From contig NC_001263.1 of assembly GCF_000008565.1 (NCBI RefSeq), positions 1,231,249 through 1,263,248 of the forward strand: a stretch of DNA of 32,000 nucleotides. Direction: 5' to 3'. The notes under the pieces are model-generated. The model was not told the DNA's origin and searched no databases. It saw only the letters and a list, made by a program, of their open reading frames with translations. Positions 1 to 9,346 of this stretch are shown piece by piece. Both the position numbers and the translations under genes were made by a program. How positions within the stretch are numbered: the first letter of the stretch is position 1; every line of letters begins with the position of its first letter. The DNA is from Deinococcus radiodurans R1 = ATCC 13939 = DSM 20539. Lineage in GTDB: Bacteria > Deinococcota > Deinococci > Deinococcales > Deinococcaceae.

Positions 1-1
1 C

Positions 2-427
2 GTGGTGGACAACGCCAGCCGCGACCAGACCGCCCAGATCGCGCGCTCGTGGGGCGCCCAGGTGCTGAGTTGCCCCGAGGGCGGCGTGGCCCGCGCCCGG
101 CAACTGGGGTTGGACACGGCGCGCAGCAGTTGGGTGGCGACCACCGACGCCGACTCGCTGCCGGCCCCCGGCTGGCTGGCGGCCTACGCGCAGGCGGCGC
201 TGCTCGCCGGGGGCTACCCCGAGGTCGAGGCCTACGAGGACGTGATTCTGGGGCAGAACCTGGCCCGGCTGGGCGAGATCGGCTACGTGCCGCGTGCCCT
301 GGTCGAAACGAGTGCCCGGCGTCTGGACCGGGGGGTGGGACCTTTCCTGATTCAACATCTGCGCAACCTCACCGGCCATACACGGGGTTATTTCGGGGAC
401 GACCGGCTGCCTCCGCCGGAGCACTGA
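2..427 (+). CDS. Glycosyltransferase family 2, C-terminal fragment (5' end outside window)
   Basis: Open from the window edge to TGA at 425-427. Translation [21 protein letters not shown]...[13 protein letters not shown] has the GT2 DxD-type TDAD motif and a normal amino-acid composition. Confidence 0.75.
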   Translation: MVDNASRDQTAQIARSWGAQVLSCPEGGVARARQLGLDTARSSWVATTDADSLPAPGWLAAYAQAALLAGGYPEVEAYEDVILGQNLARLGEIGYVPRALVETSARRLDRGVGPFLIQHLRNLTGHTRGYFGDDRLPPPEH

Positions 428-1577
428 GTCCGTCCGCCCTGGGGTCATCCGGCGACTCTGGCGGCAGGCCCAGCGTGCGGGCATACACCGCCAGCACCTG
501 CCGCGCCACTCCGGCGGGCGTGGTGCGGCCTCCGAACTCGCGGGCCTGGCGGGAAAAGCGGGCGTACTGCTCGGGCGATTCCAGCAGCTCGCGGGCGCGG
601 CGCACGAGTTCGGGCACGTCGCCGGGCGCCGTCAGATACCCGCTGTAGCCGCTTTGCACGCCGGTCAGGGTGCCGCGCGCGCCCACCGCGACCACCGGCA
701 CGCCCATCAACTGCGCTTCTTGCAGCACTAAGCCCTGGGTTTCGGTGTCGGAGGCGAAGACGAACAGCTCGGCGAGGCGGTAGTACGCCCCGATTTCGGT
801 CCAGGGCCGCACGCCCACGAAGGTGACGTGCTCCGCGACGCCGAGCCGCTGGGCATGGTCTTCGAGGTGGGTGCGTTCCGGGCCTTCTCCCAGAATGACC
901 AGGTGGGCACCGGGCAGATCCGCGAGCGTGTCGAGCACGAGGTCGAAGCGCTTTTCGCGGGCGAGGCGCCCCACCGTCAGCAGCCGGCGCGTGCCGGGCG
1001 GCCAGGGGCTGGCGATGGGCGGCGCGGCTTCGAGCACCGCCGGGTCGATGCTGGTCGGAATGACCACCGCGTCGGTGATGCCCGCCTGCCGCAGCGTGTC
1101 GAGCGTGCCGGCGGTGGGCGTAATCACGGCGTCGGCCTCGCCGTAGAGCCGCCCGACGACTTTGGGCATGAAATGCACCGCGCGGTTGAGCTGCGTCATG
1201 CCCGGCACGTAGTGGGTGTAAGCCTCCAGGTGGGTGTGATAGGTCGCCACGTGCGGCACCCCCCACTTGCGCGCCAGCCGCGCTCCGGCGAGGCCCAGGG
1301 TGAGCGGCGTATGGGTGTGAATCAGGTCGTAGCGCTGCTCGAATGACCGCCGGCCCGGCCAGGCGAGGCGGTAGGTCGGCAGCAGCGGGTAGCGCACGCT
1401 CGCCACCCGGCGCACGTCGGGGCGGCGGTCGAGATGCTCCGGAAAGCGCGGGGCGACCACGTCCACCTGATGCCCCAGGGCGCGCAGTTCGTCGCTCAGC
1501 AAACAGACGCTGGTCACGATGCCGTTCTGGTCGGGGAGAAAAGTGTCGGTAAACAGGCCGATTCTCAGAGGGTTCAT
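369..1577 (-). CDS. Glycosyltransferase family 4 (group 1)
   Basis: 402-aa ORF with ATG at 1577 and stop at 369-371. N-terminus [24 protein letters not shown] and C-terminal [26 protein letters not shown] (E-x7-E region) are typical GT4. Its 3' end overlaps the convergent GT2 gene by 59 nt. Confidence 0.9.
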   Translation of the reverse strand: MNPLRIGLFTDTFLPDQNGIVTSVCLLSDELRALGHQVDVVAPRFPEHLDRRPDVRRVASVRYPLLPTYRLAWPGRRSFEQRYDLIHTHTPLTLGLAGARLARKWGVPHVATYHTHLEAYTHYVPGMTQLNRAVHFMPKVVGRLYGEADAVITPTAGTLDTLRQAGITDAVVIPTSIDPAVLEAAPPIASPWPPGTRRLLTVGRLAREKRFDLVLDTLADLPGAHLVILGEGPERTHLEDHAQRLGVAEHVTFVGVRPWTEIGAYYRLAELFVFASDTETQGLVLQEAQLMGVPVVAVGARGTLTGVQSGYSGYLTAPGDVPELVRRARELLESPEQYARFSRQAREFGGRTTPAGVARQVLAVYARTLGLPPESPDDPRADGLSAPAEAAGRPRNNPVYGR

Positions 1578-1690
1578 AACGCCTTGCCCCGGACCCGGAA
1601 AGAGGAAACCTGAAGCATCTGCCCAGGAGCATACGCCGAAAGAACATGAGACGGCGGCGGGGCCCGCCGGGGTGCTTTAGAGTCGGGGCC

Positions 1691-2737
1691 ATGAGCCGTT
1701 TTGCCGGGCCGCCGCATGAGCATGAGCCACTGCACGGGAGGCCCGCCCATGCCGGGGCCCTCTGGTCGCCGCTGCTGCGCGCGGGCGCGTTCGGAGCGCT
1801 GCGCGGTGGGCATCCAGGCCACCCGGCGCTCGGCGTGACGGTGCCGGTGCAGGGCGCCGCTGAACTGGGACGCGCCCTCGACCTGCTGGCAGAAGCGGGC
1901 CTCCGCGTCACCCTGCTGTGTCCACCCTTGCTCGCGACTGAGGCGTCGGAGTTGCTGTGGGCCGCGACCCGTGCCGGACACGAAATCGCGGGCGACGGGC
2001 CGGTGCGCGACGTGGCATTGTTGCAGGCCGTCGCCGGGCAGCGGGTCACGGCGTGGCGGCTACCTCCGGCAGCCCAGTCCGGCGCGGCGCTGCGGGAACT
2101 CGCGGCCTGGGGGGTTCACCCGCTGCCCCCCGCGCTGGGCGCCTCCGAACCGGGCGGCACAGTAGAAGTTACCCCCGCCGCTCTGCCGGCCCAGGCAAGA
2201 GATTGGCGCGCGCGCGGCTACCGCCTGCTGCCGGTGCGCGAGCTGCCGGGATTGCGGGAAGCGACCCCCGCCGACCTTGCCCAGCACGTTTATCTGCGGC
2301 TGGTCGAGGACCGCTTTACCGCGCAGAGCCACGTCATTGACCTCACCGGGCGGGCGGACGGGGTGATGCGAATCGCCCCGCTCGACCATGCGCCGCCGCC
2401 GCTGCCAGTCCCGCGAGATACGCCTACCGCCGAGCTGCACCTGCATTCGCCCCGCGTCGTGGGGCTCGCCGCCCGCAGTCCGCTGACCGCCTACCGCGCC
2501 TACGCCCGCAGCTGGGCCGACGTGGCCCACGCCCTGCAAACCCGTCCCGAACTGGCCGACGCGCAGGTCATTTTCGGCGTGTCGCTTTTTTTCGGGCCAA
2601 TGGAAAAGGCGGGCTTTACCCTGGTTGAGCTGCCGCCCCTGCAAGCCCGCTGGTATGGCCTGGGCTTCCGGCTGCTGCGGCTCGCTACGGCACCGCCCGC
2701 CCGCCCAGCGAGGGGCTGCCGAAGATGGCCTGGATGA
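1691..2737 (+). CDS. Hypothetical protein; polysaccharide-deacetylase-like N-terminal half, C-terminal half resembles a YkoP-like domain (tentative)
   Basis: ORF 1646..2737; first ATG at 1691 (MSRFAGPP). Composition is non-random from about 1700 onward. The C-terminal AELHLHSPRVVGL...VIFGVSLFFGPMEKAGFTLVE matches my memory of YkoP-like domains fused to deacetylases. Sits next to two glycosyltransferases. Confidence 0.6.
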   Translation: MSRFAGPPHEHEPLHGRPAHAGALWSPLLRAGAFGALRGGHPGHPALGVTVPVQGAAELGRALDLLAEAGLRVTLLCPPLLATEASELLWAATRAGHEIAGDGPVRDVALLQAVAGQRVTAWRLPPAAQSGAALRELAAWGVHPLPPALGASEPGGTVEVTPAALPAQARDWRARGYRLLPVRELPGLREATPADLAQHVYLRLVEDRFTAQSHVIDLTGRADGVMRIAPLDHAPPPLPVPRDTPTAELHLHSPRVVGLAARSPLTAYRAYARSWADVAHALQTRPELADAQVIFGVSLFFGPMEKAGFTLVELPPLQARWYGLGFRLLRLATAPPARPARGCRRWPG

Positions 2738-2793
2738 CTCGCGAGGCGTTTCTGGCGCGGCACGGCAAGGCGGGAAAAAAAGGGAATTGAGGC

Positions 2794-4341
2794 TCAGCCC
2801 GGCAGCTCGAACACCAGCGTCGTGCCCCGGCCCGGCGCGCTGTCCACCGTGAGCTGCCCGCCGGCAAGCGCCACCCTCTCGCGCAGACCGAGCAGACCGA
2901 GGTGCCCGGCCTGGGCCCGCGCTTCGGCCTGCTCTGGGGTAAAGCCCTGGCCGTCGTCGCTGACCCGCAGGCTGACGCCGCTCTCGCCGAAGGTGATGCG
3001 GAGTGCGGCACTCGCGGCGTGGGCGTGTTTGTCCACGTTGCTCAGGGCTTCCTGTGCGAGTCGGAACACCGTGAGTTCGGCGGCGGGCGACAGGCGCCGC
3101 TCGGGGCCGCTGACCTCCAGTCGGGCGGCGGTCTGTGCCTGCGATGCCAGCCATTCCAGCGCCGGCAGCAGCCCGAGGTCGTCGAGCACTGAGGGCCGCA
3201 GATTGCGGGCGAAGCGCCGCACACTTTCGATGGCGGTGTCGAGGTCGGCGCGGATGTCGTCGGCGCGCTCCCGCTGCGGGCCGTCGAGGTCGCGGGCGAG
3301 CCGGGCGACGCGCCGGGCGGTGGCGATCAACACCTGCGCCGTGTCGTCGTGCAGCTCACGGCTGATGCGCCGCCGCTCCTCTTCCTGCGCCTGGGTAAAG
3401 AGGGCGAGGTAACTGCGCAGCTCGCTCTGACGGCTGGTCGCGGCTTCGAGCGCCTGCCCGCGTCGGGCGATTTCGTCGGCCAGCGTCTGCAACTCGGAGA
3501 GGTCACGCGCCACCAGCAGCACGCCTCCGGCCCCCAGACCGCCCGGTCCGCTGCCCTGCACCGCGCTCAGCCGCACTTCCAGCCGGTAGCCCGCCACTGT
3601 GATTTCGGCACGGCCCCCGGCGGGATGGGCGAGCGCCATGTCCCAGGCAAGGTGCAGCGCCTCGCGGGTGGCGGGCGTCGGCAGCGCGAGCAGCGGCGCG
3701 CCGGTCAGCGGGCCGGTCAGCGGTTCGAGCAAGCGGCAGGCGGCGGGGTTGGCGTAGGTGACGTTCCCAGCGGCGTCCGCACTCAGAATGAGGTCGTGGG
3801 CACCCTCGGCGAGCTGGCGGTAACGGGCCTCCTCGCGCCTGAGCGCCGTGAGCAGCCGCTCGCGGGTCAGCGTGAGTGCGAGTTGGTCGGCCACCGAGCG
3901 CGCCAGCCCCAGCACCCGGTCGCCCGGCAATTCGGTGCCGGGGTCGTCGGCGTAGAGGAAGCCCAGCACCTCGCTGCCGTCTTCGCCGCCGATCAAGGGC
4001 ACGATCACGGCACTCCCCGCCGTCGGCAGGCACACCCGGCGGGTCAGAGGGCGCGGCCCCCGGCCCAATTGCCCGGCGAGGTGCGCGAGGTCTTCGGGAG
4101 AGGGGGCGTGCAGGTTGTAGGTGGCGCGGCGCGGCGGCCCGTCCTCGCTGGCCAGGACGAGCAGCCCGCGCCCGGCGCCGAGGGCGAGGGTCACCAGCCG
4201 CACAGTCTCGGCCAGGGCCTGTTGCCTCTGAACGGGGTCGCTCTGGTCCTCCCCGAGCAGTTGCCCGACGCCCAGCAGGACGGCGGCTTCGCGCTCGCGG
4301 CGCAGTTCTTCTTCGTAGAGCCGGGCGTTTTCGATGGCCAG
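2794..4341 (-). CDS. Sensor histidine kinase, C-terminal ORF segment (GAF-PAS-HisKA_3-HATPase_c)
   Basis: The track ORF 2794..4203 begins at a GTG. The same frame stays meaningful upstream to about 4341 ([24 protein letters not shown]). H-box [10 protein letters not shown]-box [11 protein letters not shown]-boxes DDGQGF and GLLGLRER. This is the NarL-partner-type (HisKA_3) kinase architecture. Confidence 0.85.
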   Translation of the reverse strand: MAIENARLYEEELRREREAAVLLGVGQLLGEDQSDPVQRQQALAETVRLVTLALGAGRGLLVLASEDGPPRRATYNLHAPSPEDLAHLAGQLGRGPRPLTRRVCLPTAGSAVIVPLIGGEDGSEVLGFLYADDPGTELPGDRVLGLARSVADQLALTLTRERLLTALRREEARYRQLAEGAHDLILSADAAGNVTYANPAACRLLEPLTGPLTGAPLLALPTPATREALHLAWDMALAHPAGGRAEITVAGYRLEVRLSAVQGSGPGGLGAGGVLLVARDLSELQTLADEIARRGQALEAATSRQSELRSYLALFTQAQEEERRRISRELHDDTAQVLIATARRVARLARDLDGPQRERADDIRADLDTAIESVRRFARNLRPSVLDDLGLLPALEWLASQAQTAARLEVSGPERRLSPAAELTVFRLAQEALSNVDKHAHAASAALRITFGESGVSLRVSDDGQGFTPEQAEARAQAGHLGLLGLRERVALAGGQLTVDSAPGRGTTLVFELPG

Positions 4342-4342
4342 A

Positions 4343-5470
4343 GCTCGCCTGCGCGGCGAACACGCTGGCGAGGGCGAGTTCGTCGGCGTCGAGCGGCAAC
4401 TCGGCGTGCCAGTACAGGGTCAGCACCCCGAACAGCCCCCCGCGCGTGAGCAGCGGCAACCCCAGCACGCCCCGGTAGGGGTACTCGCCCCGCGCCAGCA
4501 GGCCGCGCGTGTAGCGGCTGCCTCCGCCCCAGCCCTCGCGCGGCAGGTCGCGGGCGGCAATGGCCTCGCGCTGGGCGGCGACCTGTCCGGTGACGCCCGC
4601 CCCGATTTTGGCGCGCACCCGCAGCACGTACTCACTGCTCAGCCCCAGAGCCGAGGTGATGTTGAGGGTGCGTCCGTCGGGCTGCTGCTCGTAGACGGCA
4701 GCGGCGTCGGCCTGAAAGAGGGCCTGTGCTCCCTCTAGCACCCGCAGCAGCGTGTCGGACAGGTGCAGGCTGCCCGCCAGCACGGCGCCGGCCTCGCGCA
4801 GCGCCTCGGCGGCCTCGCGCTTGCGGGTCTCGATGGCGTAGAGCCGGGCGTTGTCAATCGCCAGACTCGCCTGCTCGGCGAGTGCGAGCACGAGTTGCGC
4901 GTCGTCGTCGCTCGCGGCGCTGCCGGGGCGCCGGGTGTCCACGTACAGCAGCCCCAGCGGGTGCCCGCGCGCACTGAGCGGGGCGATGACGGCGGCTTCG
5001 GGACTGAGTTCGCGGAGGCTGCGGGCCAGCAACGTGTGCTCGTCGCGCGCCCGCTCGAAACGGATGGTCTCGCCGCGCCGCACCAGTTTCTCGAAGGTGA
5101 TCGGCCCCACCCCGATGCCGCCGGTGAATGGCCCGTCGAAGCCAAAGGTGAAGATCTCGCCGGTGCGTGCCTGGCTCTCGTTGTATTCGCTGAACAGCCC
5201 GACGAAGGCCCGCTCGAACCCCAGTGCCTGCGCCGCCGTTTCCGCCGTGCCGCGCAGGACGACCCCGAGGTCGAGGCTGCCCGCCAGCCGCCGCACCAGG
5301 TTTTCGACCGTCTCGGCCATCCGGCCCCGGCCCCGCCGCGCTTCCCGGGCCTGCACCCCTTCGAGGGCCAGCCCCAGCAGCGGCGCGAGGGCGAGCAACT
5401 GCGCCTGTCCCTCCTCACTCGCGCCGACGAGTTCCAGCACCCCGCAGCCGAAGGGCAGGGCGCTGAGCAT
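4343..5470 (-). CDS. GAF-domain ORF segment (central part of the same kinase)
   Basis: Meaningful part of track ORF 3503..5587, from [17 protein letters not shown] (ATG at 5470) to VFAAQAS at about 4343. Contains the GAF-end motif [15 protein letters not shown]. Downstream of 4343 this frame becomes an Arg/Pro-rich read-through. Confidence 0.8.
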
Positions 5471-5737
5471 GCCCCCGGTTTGCGGCTGCCGCCGGACAGT
5501 GCCTTTTGTGCCAGCGAGCCGTCGCTCAGGGCCAGCCCCCGGCCTTCGCAGGCGACCTCGTGCAGCGCGCCGGCACTGGCGACCCACACCCGCGTGCCGT
5601 GGGCGCCGGTCTGCTCGCAGGCGTAGGCGGCCAGCAGCGCCCCGAACGCGGGAACGGTGCTCGCCTGGGCCAGAGCGGGGGGCAGGGCGACCATCAAAAT
5701 CGGGCCCGAGTCTAGCAGCGGGCCACAGGCGAAAGGC

Positions 5738-6493
5738 TCAGTCGGACTCGCCCAGCACGTCCGTTTCCCAGAGCAGGTCGCGCCAGACCCACCCGCAGCC
5801 CGGAAAGCGCAGGCCCGCTTCGAGCTCGGCGAGTAGGTAAGCCCGCGTGGCGCCAGTGGAGGTGAGGGCGGCAAGTTCACCCAGGTCGCGCTGCCCATCG
5901 ATCAGCTGCGCGAGCGGGTGCCCCGTCAGGCGCGGCGCGTTCACGTCCAGCCGCAGCCCGAACCAGGCGAATTGTCCGCTGGGCCGGGCCTGCCCGCCGA
6001 GAACGGCCTGCGCGAGTGTTTCTGCGAGGGCAATGAGCGATTGGTTGCTCTGGGGCAGGGCGGCGCGCACGCTGCGGCCCTCGGCGGCCTGAAACCCCGG
6101 CAAGGGCGCCTGCCAGCGGCGGCTAGGGCTGCCGATCACGGCGCAGATGCGCTGCCATTCGTCGCTGACCCGCGCCCACTCGGCCACGAGCTGCGCATAG
6201 GGCAGCAGAGGCGTGCCGCCCTGGGGTCGCACCACGAATTCGAACTCGCCCGCCTGCGGGTCCGGCGGGCAACTCAGCAACGCGTCGAGGCCCAGCCAGT
6301 CGAGCACAGCGCCGCTGACGATCTCGCCACGCACCAGCGATAACTGAAAAGGAAGAACATGCCGCCCGGTGACCGCCGCCTGTACGCGCAGCACCCCGGT
6401 CTGCCGGGTGCCGTGCAGGAGGTCGAGCAGGTCGGGAAGTTGCAGGTCCTGAAGTTGTCCCCGCAGGGGCGCGGTAGTGGTCACGGAGGCCAT
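5738..6493 (-). CDS. DUF4388 (PATAN-type) domain protein
   Basis: ORF 5738..6520 (TTG); the first ATG at 6493 gives MASVTTTAPLRGQLQDLQLPDLLDLLHGTRQTGVLRV...VRGEIVSGAVLDWLGLDALL...GEFEFV. This is the L-x-G-x-L-x-x-(f/l)-x-L-x-D-L-L-Q-x-L and G-x-F-x-F pattern I associate with DUF4388. It ends 43 nt upstream of the kinase start. Confidence 0.8.
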   Translation of the reverse strand: MASVTTTAPLRGQLQDLQLPDLLDLLHGTRQTGVLRVQAAVTGRHVLPFQLSLVRGEIVSGAVLDWLGLDALLSCPPDPQAGEFEFVVRPQGGTPLLPYAQLVAEWARVSDEWQRICAVIGSPSRRWQAPLPGFQAAEGRSVRAALPQSNQSLIALAETLAQAVLGGQARPSGQFAWFGLRLDVNAPRLTGHPLAQLIDGQRDLGELAALTSTGATRAYLLAELEAGLRFPGCGWVWRDLLWETDVLGESD

Positions 6494-6593
6494 TGTAGGC
6501 TCAGGAGGTCCGCAGCCCAATAGACAATTTGTAGGCAGCGGCCCCTGTCCGGGGGCTTCCCGTGGCGGTCATTTGTCTTCACAATTGGCCTCT

Positions 6594-8885
6594 ATGCGCC
6601 GATATGAAGCGAACCAGGGGGCAAGCATGATCGTCGTGGTCATGTTCACTCTCATCCTGCTGGCTGGAATCCTGGCCGCCACTCTGCGCCTGAGTTTAAG
6701 CAGTCGGCAAAGTACAGCAGATCAGGCGGCGACGTTGCAGGCGCAGTACGTCGCAGAGTCGCAGATGGCGATGATCACGCGCCGGCTTCAGGACTATCAG
6801 AAATTGCTGACTGCTGAAATTCCCGGCCCCAATGGCGGCAGCATCACCCAGTTGCAGGTGCCGCCCGGAACGACCGTCGCGGACCTTGAAACTTACGCCA
6901 AGCAATTTTGCAACAAAGCGAGTGTGACTAACCCCTGGGCCGCGACCAGTGCTTACGCGGCTGCGCGTTCTACGCTTGATGACCAGCTTTACCCTGACGC
7001 GAAAGAGTGCGTGGTCGACACGACGGTCAACAACGCTGATCAATTTTCGGTTCTCGCTGATCTGGTCACGCCGCAGGCCTACAACGTCCTCGAAGATGCC
7101 ACCGAACGCCCCAGCGATATCAACGATCCGGCGACCGTCAAGGCGTGGTGGAAAACCCTGCTGACGACCGACATCGGCACCACAAACTGGCGTCTGGGGG
7201 TCCGCGCCCTGCGAGTGGTACAGCTGTCGCCCACGGTCTACCGCTTTTTCTTCGGGGTTCAGAATGCACGGGCGCGCGGCATCGTCGGGAACGCTACACG
7301 TGTCATGACGGCATCGCGGGCGAACGACGGCGAGTGGTGGTTTCAGATCGAGTTGCCCAGCCTGCTCGAAGACGTGCTCATGACCAATCATCACCGCTCT
7401 CAGCCCCCCAGCAGTTCGAATTACGATCCGGCAGGAGCACCTAGTGTGAACTTCACTGACCAACGCTTTGACGGCTCTATTCACACCAACGAGAAATTTC
7501 TTTTCGATACCAACGCGAGCGCCCAGTTTCTCGAGCGAGTGAGCAGTGTCGGCTGCACGGACCTGCCGCGCGACGGACGCCCGGCCAGCGGTGACTGTGC
7601 CAAAACAGCCGGGGTGTATATCGGTAATGTGCTCCAGACACCGCCCAGTACGGAAGATACCAACGCTAAGCGGAGCAAGTGGATCACCGATAAGGTGGCT
7701 GCGTCACCACGCACGGTTGGTTTCGTCAAAATGCCAGACGACAGCACGCAAATTAATTATTCCAAAGTCAATTTTACCGCTGACTACAAACCTTTGCCGG
7801 AAAATGCCAGCGATCAGATGGCGGCAGCAAACAGCGCGGGCCTTTCTCTCAGCGGTCAAGTGGACTCAGTTGAACTGAAGGCCGCCAACGGGAGCGGCAC
7901 CCCCCTCTCAAGCTATGCCAACAGCAAGTGGGCTGAGGCCTCCGGCGATATCTATCAGTACATCACCGTCAAACGGCGTGAGGTGACCCGGAACTGCACG
8001 ACTTCAAATTGGCAACAGCAAGATTACTGGAGCTGGTTTAAGTACTACCCCACCCAAACTTACGTAGACTGGCCCAGTTCCGATCCGGAAACAGGCACTT
8101 CGCTTAAGACATACACTAAGCCGCATTATTATGTCAGGACTGTAACATGTCAGAACACTGCTTCTAACACCGTTATTACCGACGAGTACCGCTATGGACC
8201 CGACATGGTTTTGAAGAAAAAACCGGCAGGCGGCACGTGGGCACAGGCAACGACCTTTCAGGATAATTTCAATGGGGTCATCTACGGGCAGAACATGACC
8301 AATGTTTCCGGTCCGGCGCGTATCAGTGGCGATACCACCGGGGCGCTGGACAAGGCGCCGCCCGCCTTGGCTTCGTTTGCCAAGATCACCCTCGCTGCGA
8401 GCGGCGACATCGGCATCGCTTCTGACCTGACCGTGTCGGAAACGCCCTGTACCTTCTCCGAAACAAAGGCCACCCCGCCCTGCACCCGCAATCCCGGCAA
8501 CGTCCTGGGCATCTACAGCCAGAACGGCAACGTCATTGTGCGGACGACGACGCCCAGAAACGTCAACGTTCACGCCGCAATTATGGCGAGTACTGGTCAG
8601 GCGACGGTTGAGAACTATAATTCACGGCCTCAGAGCGGCAGCGTTAAGCTGATCGGCAGCCTGATCGAGAACTGGTATGGGGCTTTCGGAACGTACGGCA
8701 GCGGAAGTGGAACCGGCTATGGGCGTGACTTCACCTACGACACCCGCCTCAACAAAGGCACGACCCCCCCGTTCTTCCCTGTTTCGCCCCGCTGGAACGT
8801 AAAGCCGGCCTCGGCTGTGTCCACCAATAGCCTGTCGAGCATTGTGCCGCTGACGACTTCTTCCAGAGGGATTTCTTTCCAATGA
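6594..8885 (+). CDS. Large PilX-N-terminal-domain pilus protein (763 aa; ComZ-like candidate)
   Basis: In-frame ATG at 6594 gives MRRYEANQGASMIVVVMFTLILLAGILAATLRLSLSSRQ...AQYVAESQM (PilX_N-like hydrophobic N-terminus without Glu+5). An alternative ATG at 6627 follows AGGGGG. The protein is Asn/Thr/Ser-rich with beta-helix-like motifs (FNGVIYGQNMTNVSG, ITLAASGDIGIASDL, NVHAAIMASTGQATVEN) and a tail GYGRDFTYDTRLNKGTTPPFFP. Its stop overlaps the next ATG (ATGA). Confidence 0.85.
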   Translation: MRRYEANQGASMIVVVMFTLILLAGILAATLRLSLSSRQSTADQAATLQAQYVAESQMAMITRRLQDYQKLLTAEIPGPNGGSITQLQVPPGTTVADLETYAKQFCNKASVTNPWAATSAYAAARSTLDDQLYPDAKECVVDTTVNNADQFSVLADLVTPQAYNVLEDATERPSDINDPATVKAWWKTLLTTDIGTTNWRLGVRALRVVQLSPTVYRFFFGVQNARARGIVGNATRVMTASRANDGEWWFQIELPSLLEDVLMTNHHRSQPPSSSNYDPAGAPSVNFTDQRFDGSIHTNEKFLFDTNASAQFLERVSSVGCTDLPRDGRPASGDCAKTAGVYIGNVLQTPPSTEDTNAKRSKWITDKVAASPRTVGFVKMPDDSTQINYSKVNFTADYKPLPENASDQMAAANSAGLSLSGQVDSVELKAANGSGTPLSSYANSKWAEASGDIYQYITVKRREVTRNCTTSNWQQQDYWSWFKYYPTQTYVDWPSSDPETGTSLKTYTKPHYYVRTVTCQNTASNTVITDEYRYGPDMVLKKKPAGGTWAQATTFQDNFNGVIYGQNMTNVSGPARISGDTTGALDKAPPALASFAKITLAASGDIGIASDLTVSETPCTFSETKATPPCTRNPGNVLGIYSQNGNVIVRTTTPRNVNVHAAIMASTGQATVENYNSRPQSGSVKLIGSLIENWYGAFGTYGSGSGTGYGRDFTYDTRLNKGTTPPFFPVSPRWNVKPASAVSTNSLSSIVPLTTSSRGISFQ

Positions 8886-9346
8886 AAGATCGTGGACAAT
8901 CGGGGATGACTCTTATTGAACTGCTGGTTGTCATAGCGATCATCGGTATTTTGATGGGTCTGTTCGGCTGGAATCTTGTGCGAAGCATTCGGGCTGCCGA
9001 GCTGCGGGAAGCGGCGACTCAGGTGGCGGTGGATCTACGCCAGGCGCGCTCGCAGGCGCAGCGGGGCAGCAGAGATATTGTTGTCGTGTTGCCGGGGAGT
9101 ACAGGCGGAACCACCTATAGGTTCGACACGGACGTTAAAACCATTCCCAACAATGTGCAGCTGATCTGCAAATCGAATTGCGGCACCGGCACGACGACGA
9201 ACATCACTTATCAGGCACCGTACGGCGAATTGGGCGCTATAGGGAGCATCTATACCGTCAGGAGCCCCATGAACGGAATTGGCGATTATGAAATCAGAAT
9301 CGTGGGCGTAACCGGCAAAGTCATTCTTGCTAAAGCGGGGTCCTGA
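8882..9346 (+). CDS. Prepilin-type minor pilin, GspH/FimT-like
   Basis: MKDRGQSG|MTLIELLVVIAIIGIL is a class III signal with Gly-1 and Glu+5. AELREAATQVAVDLRQARSQA is typical of GspH/FimT-family pseudopilins. 154 aa. Confidence 0.9.
   Translation: MKDRGQSGMTLIELLVVIAIIGILMGLFGWNLVRSIRAAELREAATQVAVDLRQARSQAQRGSRDIVVVLPGSTGGTTYRFDTDVKTIPNNVQLICKSNCGTGTTTNITYQAPYGELGAIGSIYTVRSPMNGIGDYEIRIVGVTGKVILAKAGS

Larger units (their letters stand above)
2794..5694 (-). pseudogene. Multi-GAF (x4) / PAS / HisKA_3 / HATPase_c sensor histidine kinase, interrupted by two frameshifts (real pseudogene or sequence error)
   Basis: Three collinear segments in different frames. 5694->~5472 reads MVALPP...[15 protein letters not shown]. 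~5470->4343 reads [19 protein letters not shown]...VFAAQAS. 4341->2794 reads [11 protein letters not shown]...ELHDDTAQ...DDGQGF...[12 protein letters not shown]. Each segment turns to Arg-rich nonsense beyond its junction. The total of 2901 nt equals 967 codons. Confidence 0.7.

Noticed and set aside
445-2049. 534-aa minus-strand ORF, and similar ORFs at 49..648, 1574..1981 and 2060..3154
   Set aside because: They are extremely Arg/Pro/Ala/Gly-rich and overlap well-supported genes in other frames. This is typical of spurious open frames in roughly 70% GC DNA.
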